Part shown: positions 8,796 to 16,731 of the stretch, in pieces
Numbering within the stretch: the stretch's first letter is position 1
Layout of the letters: every line of letters begins with the position of its first letter
Virus record (IMG/VR): IMGVR_UViG_3300042542_004122
Span: 1 to 64,000 of that record
From: a virus
Direction: 5' to 3' (one strand)
DNA: 64,000 nucleotides
Program-made: the position numbers and the translations under genes
The notes under the pieces: model-generated
Databases searched by the model: none
What the model was told of the DNA's origin: nothing
Seen by the model: the letters and a program-made list of their open reading frames with translations, nothing else

Positions 8796-9473
8796 TTAAT
8801 CTTCACGCCGCTGACCCAGGAGTTGTAAGAGATGGATGAATATATTGATAAAGTCTAGGTAGAGCGTAAGAGCCCCGAAGATGCTGCTACGAGCCTGAGA
8901 ACTGAATCCATAGACTAATCCACTTGAGTAGTATTCTTCTGATAATCTTTGAGTATCATAGGCAGTAAGACCTGTGAAGATTAGGACTGCTAGTACAGAG
9001 ACGATCCAGCTAAGCATAGAAGAACCTAGGAACAGGTTGACTACGGATGCCACTACGATACCGATTAGGCCTATAAAGAGAAACCCTCCTAGAGAGGTTA
9101 AGTCCCTCTTAGTAGAGTATCCATAGAGGCTTGCTGCTGCGAAAACGCTAGTAGAGATTAAGAGCACTTGAACTATGCTGCCTAGGGTGAAGATTAAGAA
9201 GATTGAACTTAGGCTTAAACCCGTAGCGGTTGCATAGAGATAGAATACTAGGTGTGCAACTGTCTCAGACATCCTATCCATGAAATTTAAGGCTAAGACG
9301 AATGCTAGGGGTAGGAAAGCTAAGACGATATTAAAACTACCTAGTGTGGCTACCCAAGGAGCGGCTACCCAGGCGGTTAGCGCTGTAACTAGGAGCGCAG
9401 TGGTCATCTTGTTGTAGACGCCGATGAGATATGACCTAAGACCCTCATCTACGGTTTGTGTAATTGTATTCAT
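8796..9473 (-). CDS. Bax inhibitor-1/YccA family membrane protein
   Basis: Multiple TM segments, YGYSTKRDLT, TAYDTQ, LYLDFINIF. Confidence 0.9.
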   Translation of the reverse strand: MNTITQTVDEGLRSYLIGVYNKMTTALLVTALTAWVAAPWVATLGSFNIVLAFLPLAFVLALNFMDRMSETVAHLVFYLYATATGLSLSSIFLIFTLGSIVQVLLISTSVFAAASLYGYSTKRDLTSLGGFLFIGLIGIVVASVVNLFLGSSMLSWIVSVLAVLIFTGLTAYDTQRLSEEYYSSGLVYGFSSQARSSIFGALTLYLDFINIFIHLLQLLGQRRED

Positions 9474-9652
9474 TTTTCCCTCTAACGCGTAGAGTCCGGC
9501 AGCGTTAGCTACCAGACTCTTCATCCTCTCTAGACATGAGCTTATCAAGATCTTCTCGGCTGATCCAAAAGATTTGGCTGTCTACCTTGACTTGAGCATA
9601 ACTGTCGTCAATGTGAACAACTTGTCCTTTGTTGCCTTCTACCTTGATATCT

Positions 9653-9844
9653 TTAAAAATTTGCACGTTGGTAATACCTTAGCTTCTCTTTCTGATACTC
9701 ACTTAGGTTTTTATATCCCTGCATACGAAGATGCTGAGATACTTCCCACTCTGCGCGGGCCATTTTAGCTTCTGTAAAGGCTGCGTTAACCTTTACTAGT
9801 GTTGCCCAGATAGCCTTTGCTACTCTGGTTATATACTTATACAT
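9653..9844 (-). CDS. hypothetical protein
   Basis: ORF track, AGGAG SD. Confidence 0.6.
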   Translation of the reverse strand: MYKYITRVAKAIWATLVKVNAAFTEAKMARAEWEVSQHLRMQGYKNLSEYQKEKLRYYQRANF

Positions 9845-9859
9845 TATTACTCCTTTGTC

Positions 9860-10165
9860 TCACCTTTCGGCTGAGACTTTCTTCCTCAAGGGAATTACCT
9901 CGTGGCAATGTTCACGATATAGTCTAGGTAGATCCCTGGGACACTCGACGTCAGCTTTCCAAACTGGGGCTAGGCGCTTAGCTTTCAAGGCTGTTGCGAC
10001 TAGTCTACCCATTTCATACTGCATCTGACTAGAAAAATCTAAGAGGTCATATCCTTTAGCCCACGGGAGACCTAGATATGCGTGCTGGTAACCTATCTTA
10101 AAAGGGTAGTTACCTTTGAAATAATTTCGATCAGCTTTTACAAGCCTGACTTTACTGTTGAACAT
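9860..10165 (-). CDS. hypothetical protein
   Basis: ORF track, directly after a promoter. Confidence 0.65.
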   Translation of the reverse strand: MFNSKVRLVKADRNYFKGNYPFKIGYQHAYLGLPWAKGYDLLDFSSQMQYEMGRLVATALKAKRLAPVWKADVECPRDLPRLYREHCHEVIPLRKKVSAER

Positions 10166-10171
10166 TTTTAT

Positions 10172-10200
10172 ATTATATCTTTTTTAGGTATAATAAGCAA
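10172..10200 (-). promoter_or_regulatory. phage promoter TTGCTT-17-TATAAT
   Basis: Read directly. Confidence 0.7.
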
Positions 10201-10218
10201 GAACTATATAAAAACAAA

Positions 10219-10292
10219 TGGCGACCTTAGAGAGAATTGAACTCTCGACACCTGTTAGACAGACAGGGATTTTACCACTAAACTATAAGGCC
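10219..10292 (-). tRNA. tRNA-Asp(GTC)
   Basis: Cloverleaf, CCTGT-CTGTCTA-ACAGG anticodon arm, encoded CCA. Confidence 0.85.
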
Positions 10293-10293
10293 T

Positions 10294-10369
10294 TGGTGTC
10301 CCGAGTCAGACTCGAACTGACAGAAAACGATTTTTGAGAACGTCGCGTTTACCTTTTCGCCATCGGGAC
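10294..10369 (-). tRNA. tRNA-Leu(CAA), short variable loop
   Basis: Leu-type D arm, loop CTCAAAA, CCA. Confidence 0.8.
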
Positions 10370-10422
10370 ATAAAAAAGGGACGAGATTACTCTCGTCCCC
10401 TTAGTATGGACTGAGAATTATC

Positions 10423-10869
10423 TCAGAACTTTAGAGCAATACCAGCGGTAACGCTCTCTCTAAGATCGTTGTTATCAACGGAGTTGACCCTACGATAACG
10501 TAGATCTAGGTCTAGAGTCTTAGTTAGTTCGGTACGAACTCCAGCTCCTAGGACATAGAGAGGCTTACTATCTAGAGACTCTAGATCAGCCCCTAGACCT
10601 ACTAGAACATAGGGAGTAATCCCAGTTGTAGGAATAGTAGCCTGAGGCATTACATGACCGTAAAGGTTATGCACCTTGCTGTCGACACGATACTCATAAG
10701 CACCCTCTACACGAAGATTCTTATTTAGATCTGTTCCAACAGCTAGGCCTAGGGTATTTTCCCTAGCTCCCTCTACCTGAGTTCCTAGATTACCAGCAAC
10801 ATATACGTCACCAGCTAGGGCAGAACTTGCAGCTAGAGAAGCTACAAGCGCGATTACATACTTATTCAT
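10423..10869 (-). CDS. small outer-membrane beta-barrel protein
   Basis: Signal peptide, amphipathic strands, TPYVLVGLG, C-terminal Phe. Confidence 0.8.
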   Translation of the reverse strand: MNKYVIALVASLAASSALAGDVYVAGNLGTQVEGARENTLGLAVGTDLNKNLRVEGAYEYRVDSKVHNLYGHVMPQATIPTTGITPYVLVGLGADLESLDSKPLYVLGAGVRTELTKTLDLDLRYRRVNSVDNNDLRESVTAGIALKF

Positions 10870-10891
10870 TTATTTTTTCTTTCTCCTGATT

Positions 10892-10965
10892 TGGAAGCCC
10901 TGACCGGATTTGCACCGGCGTTGACGCCTTGAGAGGGCGTTATCCTAACTACTAGATGACAGGGC
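10892..10965 (-). tRNA. tRNA-Glu(CTC)
   Basis: ACGCC-CTCTCAA-GGCGT, CCA. Confidence 0.85.
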
Positions 10966-10970
10966 CGTTT

Positions 10971-11062
10971 TGGTGGAGGCTACTCGACTTGCACAAGTTG
11001 TCCGGACTACCCCTACTGTTTAAGGACGCCCGTTTTACAGACGGGTGTAGGGAATAGCCTCC
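10971..11062 (-). tRNA. atypical tRNA-Tyr(GTA)-like RNA with no D arm
   Basis: 7-bp acceptor GGAGGCT/AGCCTCC, A73, CCA; CCCGT-CTGTAAA-ACGGG; T arm present; no D hairpin. Confidence 0.65.
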
Positions 11063-11103
11063 ATGTTATTTACATTTTATCAAAAGCTTAACCATATAGC
11101 AAC

Positions 11104-11523
11104 TTATTTTTTATCTAAGTTAGACCAGTTAAGTATTTGATCTAAGGTCGTCGAGTATAAACCATATTTTGTTACTAGTTTATGAACTCTAGGGGCGATG
11201 GTATGTCTGAATAACATCTCCTCTTTGCGACTTTTTTCGACTAGAGAATAAGGTTTACCGGCAATATAAGCTCTCGCTAATTCCGTTGCGCGAGATTCAT
11301 TTCTGACATCCCATCTACGATGGGTTATCAACCCTAATCGTTTAATATGCAGACCATATAGTTCACGATGTTTTTTATATACTGTATCGGAATGAAGGTC
11401 TTCAGTTATTTGATGATAGACCTTATAGTGGTCGATCTGTTTTTTAAGCTTGCGCTCTTCTCGTTTAATAATGCTAGGCTCAAACGCAAGATGCTTAGCT
11501 TTAATTTTTAGTTCTATACTCAT
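11104..11523 (-). CDS. basic helical protein of unknown function, downstream of the amber leader
   Basis: ORF track, 139 aa, GAGGAG SD. Confidence 0.8.
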   Translation of the reverse strand: MSIELKIKAKHLAFEPSIIKREERKLKKQIDHYKVYHQITEDLHSDTVYKKHRELYGLHIKRLGLITHRRWDVRNESRATELARAYIAGKPYSLVEKSRKEEMLFRHTIAPRVHKLVTKYGLYSTTLDQILNWSNLDKK

Positions 11524-11525
11524 AG

Positions 11526-11568
11526 AATCTCCTCTTTTTTATAGTTTATAGTTGGAAAAGAGAAGATT
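11526..11568 (-). promoter_or_regulatory. SD-sequestering hairpin (translational attenuator)
   Basis: AAUCUUCUCUUUU pairs over 13 bp (one G-U) with AAAAGAGGAGAUU, which contains the SD. Confidence 0.75.
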
Positions 11569-11604
11569 AGGAGGCCCTCTGGCCTAGGCTGTCTGCTTAA
11601 ACAT
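11539..11604 (-). CDS. leader peptide MFKQTA(UAG)ARGPPNLLFSNYKL
   Basis: GAGGA SD, ATG at 11604, in-frame TAG at 11586-11584, RGPP, TAA at 11541-11539. Confidence 0.65.
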
Positions 11605-11617
11605 GTTTCCTCAAATT

Positions 11618-11691
11618 TGGTGCCTCTCAGGGGATTTGAACCCCTCTACTCCGTTTTAGAGACGGTCGCATAGCCACTCTGCCAGAGAGAC
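11618..11691 (-). tRNA. amber suppressor tRNA (anticodon CTA)
   Basis: Full cloverleaf; CCGT-CTCTAAA-ACGG; T arm AGGGG-TTCAAAT-CCCCT; A73, CCA. Confidence 0.85.
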
Positions 11692-11701
11692 GTATTTAAA
11701 T

Positions 11702-11777
11702 TGGCTCCCCCGGTTCGATTCGAACGAACGACATTCTGATTAACAGTCAGATGCAACTACCGCTGTGCTACAGGGGA
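11702..11777 (-). tRNA. tRNA-Asn(GTT)
   Basis: TCTGA-CTGTTAA-TCAGA, CCA. Confidence 0.9.
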
Positions 11778-11784
11778 ATATAAA

Positions 11785-11859
11785 TGGAGCGGACGATGGG
11801 GATCGAACCCACGACATACACGTTGGCAACGTGCAACTCTACCGCTGAGCTACGTCCGC
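11785..11859 (-). tRNA. tRNA-Gly(GCC)
   Basis: Cloverleaf, loop TTGCCAA, U73, CCA. Confidence 0.9.
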
Positions 11860-11860
11860 A

Positions 11861-12373
11861 TTAATTTTGTGGTAAAAGAGAAGTAGGAGGACCTAAAGTA
11901 GTCTGCCCCCACCTATCTGATGGCCACATAGGAAGAACTGTTTGAGGTTTAGACTTTGCTTTAATAAGCGCAGCCATTTCCTTATATCCATCCGCAGTAG
12001 GATGAATACCGTCCTTACCTAATTTAACTGTCTCAATTAGTGTATCACTAAACATTGTTGACAAAGATTGCACAACATAGTTAGCTTCCTTATTACAGAA
12101 TATATCATTACAAGGAGGATTAATCCAAATAATATTTGAAGATTTAATCTTATCTCGTACAGATAGAATTTGCAATAACTGTTCTTGTAGAGTTAACCCT
12201 TTATCATTTGTTCCTAGGCTAACTACTACAGTAGCAGCTTTTAGATCTACATGACCGAAGGTTTTACTCCAGTTAGAACTACTAATACCAACAACACTAT
12301 AATTTTTACATTCAGGATAAGCCATACTTATCCCTTTGGCAATACTATCGCCTAGAATAATGCATTCTAACAT
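11861..12373 (-). CDS. SGNH/GDSL hydrolase
   Basis: GDS, SLGTND, DGIHP; start trimmed to avoid the tRNA. Confidence 0.85.
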   Translation of the reverse strand: MLECIILGDSIAKGISMAYPECKNYSVVGISSSNWSKTFGHVDLKAATVVVSLGTNDKGLTLQEQLLQILSVRDKIKSSNIIWINPPCNDIFCNKEANYVVQSLSTMFSDTLIETVKLGKDGIHPTADGYKEMAALIKAKSKPQTVLPMWPSDRWGQTTLGPPTSLLPQN

Positions 12374-12376
12374 AAT

Positions 12377-12450
12377 TGGAGCGGAGTACGAGATTCGAAC
12401 TCGTTTAGCCAGCTTGGAAGGCTGGAGCACAACCTATATGCCAACTCCGC
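12377..12450 (-). tRNA. tRNA-Gly(TCC)
   Basis: CCAGC-CTTCCAA-GCTGG. Confidence 0.9.
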
Positions 12451-12500
12451 GTAATACGCTTAAATATGTAGTAAGATACCTACTACATATTTAAAAGTAT

Positions 12501-12574
12501 TGGCTGGGGAAGATGGATTCGAACCACCGTAGACGGTACCAAAGACCGCCGTCCTACCGCTAGACGATTCCCCA
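12501..12574 (-). tRNA. tRNA-Gln(TTG)
   Basis: Loop CTTTGGT, U1-A72, CCA. Confidence 0.9.
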
Positions 12575-12580
12575 ATAAAC

Positions 12581-12654
12581 TGGTTGACCTTTATGGACTC
12601 GAACCACAACTAGCCGGTTCAGAGCCGGATGTCCTACCATTAGACGAAAGGTCA
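12581..12654 (-). tRNA. tRNA-Gln(CTG)
   Basis: Loop CTCTGAA, CCA. Confidence 0.9.
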
Positions 12655-12802
12655 ATATAGCTAGCTATCACGTCTTAGCTAGCACTGTCAGTATTTCGAC
12701 TTGTCGCGACAAGTATCTGACTATTGACTGAAAAACCTTCTTTCTGGAAAATACAGCCCAACACTATGTTGGTCTCAATAATGAAAAATAAGGTTAGTCA
12801 GT

Positions 12803-12883
12803 CGGTATACACACAAGCGTGACTCCAACACGCATTTTCGAGTTAAAGGCTCGACGTCCTATGGTTAGACGACAGTGTGTATA
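12803..12883 (-). pseudogene. degenerate tRNA-like element (TTT anticodon in a Glu-type body)
   Basis: TCGAG-CCTTTAA-CTCGA arm, T-loop TTGGAGT, extended acceptor, ends CCG. Confidence 0.55.
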
Positions 12884-12884
12884 T

Positions 12885-12959
12885 TGGTGGACCCTAAGAG
12901 ATTTGAACTCTTAACCCCCGCCGTGCAAAGGCGATGCTCTCCCGTTGAGCTAAGGGCCC
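12885..12959 (-). tRNA. tRNA-Ala(TGC)
   Basis: G3-U70, loop TTTGCAC, CCA. Confidence 0.9.
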
Positions 12960-12968
12960 TTTATATTA

Positions 12969-13061
12969 GAACGATTCTGAGTAGAATAGGCCGGCTCAGA
13001 CTAGGCGCTAGATCCGCGCATACCGCGGTGGAGGTGGAGGTGGGTGGGTATGCGATCGTTC
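12969..13061 (-). ncRNA. candidate multibranch ncRNA with a C-rich (CACCUCC x2) loop
   Basis: Closing stem GAACGAT/ATCGTTC enclosing three hairpins. Confidence 0.5.
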
Positions 13062-13151
13062 AACTGTATTGCTGAACCTCACGTATCGGTTCGAATGTCT
13101 TCTAGAATTACGACTTTGGGCTTAAGGGCTAGTATCTAGATAGAACGTAGA

Positions 13152-13316
13152 TCAGTGCTGGAACTGAGGGCGGTGACGCACCAGGGTGCACTTGTAATGG
13201 ACGGGTCGAGACTCCTCTAGAGCGTAGACCTTATCGAGAAACAGCTGAGCCTCGGCGAGGCTATCAAACTTACGGAGCTGCTTCATATTCTTAATTGTAT
13301 CTGCAATCTTCATCAT
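13152..13316 (-). CDS. small hypothetical protein
   Basis: Manual 54-aa ORF MMKIADTIKN...QFQH directly after a promoter. Confidence 0.55.
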   Translation of the reverse strand: MMKIADTIKNMKQLRKFDSLAEAQLFLDKVYALEESRPVHYKCTLVRHRPQFQH

Positions 13317-13322
13317 GTATAC

Positions 13323-13351
13323 ATTATACGAAACTTTTGGGTAGATAGCAA
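13323..13351 (-). promoter_or_regulatory. phage promoter TTGCTA-17-TATAAT upstream of the first tRNA cluster
   Basis: Read directly. Confidence 0.75.
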
Positions 13352-13524
13352 ATTTATTGTTTAATTGTGCCGGACTGCTACTACACCGGCTTTCATCTCA
13401 TAGCCATTAATTTTCTTAGCGGGCCAAGGACGAAAACGTCTCCATTTAGGATTTTTTAGATCCTGCGTAGATGCGTAATATTCTTTAGGGAACTTTTTTA
13501 GTTGAATAACTGTTTCTTCGGTCA

Positions 13525-13752
13525 TTAGATTCCAATCACTTTATTAGCCATTTCTCTTGCCTTTTGGCGGTGTAGGCTTATATCACTGCCAAGATATACA
13601 TAATTAGACTTATGCATAGGCATAATCTGTTTACTACGAGCTTGCGCTTTTAAGCGAGCTTGATGTTCTCCGCAACTAAGACAAATAGTTATCCCGAGAG
13701 CAAATCTGCCCTCGGGATATTCATCTCCACAATCTTCGCAATATGCAATCAT
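13525..13752 (-). CDS. DksA/TraR-type C4 zinc-finger protein
   Basis: CEDCGDEYPEGR...CLSC. Confidence 0.65.
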   Translation of the reverse strand: MIAYCEDCGDEYPEGRFALGITICLSCGEHQARLKAQARSKQIMPMHKSNYVYLGSDISLHRQKAREMANKVIGI

Positions 13753-13792
13753 AAATATATTATAGTATATTTAAGACTAATCATCAAAAAGA

Positions 13793-13996
13793 TTACTTAA
13801 ATTTTTCGTATGAATAATCACTTACAGTCACATCGTAAGGTTTAGTGCTAACAACACCAACTTCTTCTGAGTGACCTATGGCTTTAAGGAAGTCGTTAAA
13901 CTTATCTACCATGTAACCAAGATTAGGAGATCTAAAAGATAAGGTGATTTCGTTGTCGTCATCGTCTGAATAGTTAAAATTAATTCTAGGGTTCAT
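13793..13996 (-). CDS. hypothetical protein
   Basis: ORF track. Confidence 0.6.
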   Translation of the reverse strand: MNPRINFNYSDDDDNEITLSFRSPNLGYMVDKFNDFLKAIGHSEEVGVVSTKPYDVTVSDYSYEKFK

Positions 13997-14274
13997 GGTA
14001 GCTCTTCTATAGTAGTAAAACCACTTCTCATTACTTGTTCATCGTTCCAATTCTTTAGATAATCATTATCTTCCTTAAAGAGCTTAATAGCATCTTTTTT
14101 AGAGATAACCCTAGAAGATGTTATAACATCTCCTAAGTGTTTTTGAGAAAATTCTTTTGCTTGTTCCATAGTTACAGTATCTTCTGCCCAAGAAGTTTTA
14201 CCTTCTGGTACTTCTACTAGATATCTCATGCGATGTTGAGATATTGTTTCAACAAGTATAAATTCAGTTTTCAT
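13993..14274 (-). CDS. hypothetical phage protein
   Basis: ORF track. Confidence 0.7.
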   Translation of the reverse strand: MKTEFILVETISQHRMRYLVEVPEGKTSWAEDTVTMEQAKEFSQKHLGDVITSSRVISKKDAIKLFKEDNDYLKNWNDEQVMRSGFTTIEELP

Positions 14275-14350
14275 ATAATAATGATATCAAAAAAATAAAC
14301 AGCTAGCTATTAAAAAATAGCTAGCTGTTGTATCAAGTGGTAATTAATTT

Positions 14351-15376
14351 TTACTTCATTGGTGTTAGTGTAAGAGCATTTTTACGCACAAGTTCTCTCT
14401 GTGTTTTCGTCAATGGCACTAGACCCTTTTTTTCAAGGTATCCATTCTCAGCCATGGAACGATCTGAAACATACTCAGCTATGAAATCTCTAATGCCAGG
14501 AATAACTTCAGCATGAGCATTCTTGACATAGACAAACAAGGAACGAGCGACTGGATATTTCTGTGTAGAGATATTTTCAAACTCTGGCTCTACCTCATCA
14601 ATCTTTAATCCAATAAGCTTGTCTACGTTTTCTTCCAAGAACGAGTATCCAAAGACTCCAATAATTAGATTGTTCTTGTTAGAAACCAGTCTCTGAACAA
14701 TTAGATTATCATTTTCACCCGCCTCAATGAATTTGCCATCTTCACGAATTGAAGAGCAGGCAGCTTGCTTCTGTCTTGCATCCTGCAGAGACTTGATTTC
14801 ATCGAAACTCTTGCAGCCATGATCCATTACCATTTCAACAAATGCATCGCGCGTCCCAGAAGTTGGAGGAGGACCCATGACTTCAATTGGAGCGTTTGGT
14901 AGTTTAGGATCAATCTCATTCCATTTCTGGTAGAAATTATTTACAAGCTTACCGTCCTTTGGCACCTGACGAGCCAAAGCAAGCCAAACGTGTTCGCGTG
15001 TCAAACTAAAAGGCTTTACATCCTTGCGAACCGCAAATACGATGCCATCATATCCAATCATTACTTCAGTAATGCTCGTTACACCATTTTTGGCGCAAAG
15101 TTCAATTTCTGATTTTGTGATCGGACGAGACGCATTTGAAATGTCTGGGTGTTGTGTTCCTATACCTGCACAAAACAGACGAAATCCACCACCCGTTCCA
15201 GTAGATTCTACAATAGGCGCCTTCAGACCTGATGTTCGACTGAAATTTTCAGCAACCGTTGTAGTAAATGGAAAAACTGTCGATGATCCAACAGCACGAA
15301 TTTGATCTCTTGCGTTTTGTGCATATGCCGTAGTACTAATTAATAAAATTGTAGTAGCTGTGATTAGTAATTTCAA
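14351..15376 (-). CDS. pstS: phosphate ABC transporter substrate-binding protein PstS
   Basis: Signal peptide, VGSSTVFPF, STGTGGG, GPPPTSGTRD. Confidence 0.9.
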   Translation of the reverse strand: MKLLITATTILLISTTAYAQNARDQIRAVGSSTVFPFTTTVAENFSRTSGLKAPIVESTGTGGGFRLFCAGIGTQHPDISNASRPITKSEIELCAKNGVTSITEVMIGYDGIVFAVRKDVKPFSLTREHVWLALARQVPKDGKLVNNFYQKWNEIDPKLPNAPIEVMGPPPTSGTRDAFVEMVMDHGCKSFDEIKSLQDARQKQAACSSIREDGKFIEAGENDNLIVQRLVSNKNNLIIGVFGYSFLEENVDKLIGLKIDEVEPEFENISTQKYPVARSLFVYVKNAHAEVIPGIRDFIAEYVSDRSMAENGYLEKKGLVPLTKTQRELVRKNALTLTPMK

Positions 15377-15401
15377 TGTAATCTCCTTCTTAAGATAATG
15401 T

Positions 15402-15435
15402 ATTATAGCATAAAATTATTACAGGAATATTACAA
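15402..15435 (-). promoter_or_regulatory. pho box plus -10 element upstream of pstS
   Basis: TTGTAAT-ATTC-CTGTAAT, 10 nt spacer, then TATAAT. Confidence 0.7.
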
Positions 15436-15601
15436 ATTGAGATTTTAACTAGGATATCTATCCATTTCTTCTAGCAAAATTATTGCTTCTTGTTTAGTTA
15501 TATTAAATTCTCGCATGACCATTTCCAAAAAATCAGGTCTGCCTTGCACGAGATCGTAGTCTAGCTGTCTCCATGCTTGGTGCATCAATCTAACTCTGTC
15601 T

Positions 15602-15853
15602 TCAGCCGACATAACTATTACCTAAAGAGTTTAGAATAGACCTAAGTTTATCATGCTCTTTGCAAAGAGTCTCTAGATCTATATAGCTTCCATCTTCTAA
15701 ACAATAAGCATACTTTATCTGATATCTAAGCTGCCCTATTTGTTTTTCGAGAAATTCTATCTCTCCTACTACATTTTCTAAGGACTGTTGGCTATCGCGA
15801 ATAGCAATTGCTAATTCAGTAATTCTATTTTTTAGGGTAGCTTCTCTTATCAT
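15602..15853 (-). CDS. coiled-coil hypothetical protein
   Basis: ORF track. Confidence 0.6.
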   Translation of the reverse strand: MIREATLKNRITELAIAIRDSQQSLENVVGEIEFLEKQIGQLRYQIKYAYCLEDGSYIDLETLCKEHDKLRSILNSLGNSYVG

Positions 15854-16377
15854 AGTTCGCTCATTGCTAACTTGGTAAAATCAGTGGCCTGCTTGCAAAA
15901 CTCTTCCCTGAGAGGCTCTTGATCTGGCAGAGTAGAGTTAAGAAATTGCTTGCGTATCTTTCTATAAATGGTTTTAAAAATCTCACCATGAGGAGTGTCC
16001 CTAAAGTAATTAACCTTATACAGATAGAACTGACTAGCATGGGCTATCTCGTGACACAGAATCATCTTTAGACCGTCCATCTTGTTATCTGTAAAAAATC
16101 CACCGATATCAGGATCTTTATCAAATGACTTATACTCATGAACTCTATATGCTTTTACAGATGAGTAACTACTGCCGTATCGCTGCATAGCGATATTAAT
16201 ACCAGGGCCAGAAGAATACATTCCGCCTCGAGAAGTAACTCGATGTGGAGACCAATCAAATTCAACCTTAGTCAGTTTAAATCCTTTCCAGACTCCGCCC
16301 TGAGAAATAGTCCAATCCTCAATATCTTTGATATACTGACGAGCTTTATCTTCACAAACTATCTTTAGCATAGACAC
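15850..16377 (-). CDS. SprT-like zinc metalloprotease
   Basis: HEIAH and PHGEIF. Confidence 0.65.
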   Translation of the reverse strand: MSMLKIVCEDKARQYIKDIEDWTISQGGVWKGFKLTKVEFDWSPHRVTSRGGMYSSGPGINIAMQRYGSSYSSVKAYRVHEYKSFDKDPDIGGFFTDNKMDGLKMILCHEIAHASQFYLYKVNYFRDTPHGEIFKTIYRKIRKQFLNSTLPDQEPLREEFCKQATDFTKLAMSEL

Positions 16378-16413
16378 ATTATCTCACATACAGAGTAATT
16401 TAGCAAGTTAAAA

Positions 16414-16731
16414 CTAAATACTAAAAGACTTCCCACACCCACATCCAGCTTTTTGATTCGGGTTTTTAAGTTTCAAACCGCTGCTTCCAATAGTCTGTTC
16501 GTAATCTAACTCTGTCCCAGCTACATATAGTAAACTCATACTGTCTACAAAAAACTTACAAGTTAAAAGATCTATCTCAAAGTCATCAGGTTCTGCACTA
16601 TCTACAAATTCATAGTTATACACAAAACCAGAACATCCTCCGCCCTTGACTTCTAATTTAACCGCCTGCTTATTGTTTTCTTTGCATAGATACCTAATAT
16701 AATCTCTAGCGATGGGAGTTAAGCTAAACAT
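16414..16731 (-). CDS. iscA: A-type Fe-S carrier (IscA/HesB family)
   Basis: GGGCSG, CGCGKSF. Confidence 0.9.
   Translation of the reverse strand: MFSLTPIARDYIRYLCKENNKQAVKLEVKGGGCSGFVYNYEFVDSAEPDDFEIDLLTCKFFVDSMSLLYVAGTELDYEQTIGSSGLKLKNPNQKAGCGCGKSFSI

Noticed and set aside
10971-11062. Selenocysteine tRNA or 8/4 allo-tRNA
   Set aside because: The anticodon is GUA and a normal 7/5 acceptor-T fold is possible; the real oddity is the missing D arm.
12685-12722. Hammerhead ribozyme (stem followed by CGAAA)
   Set aside because: The CUGAnGA core is missing.
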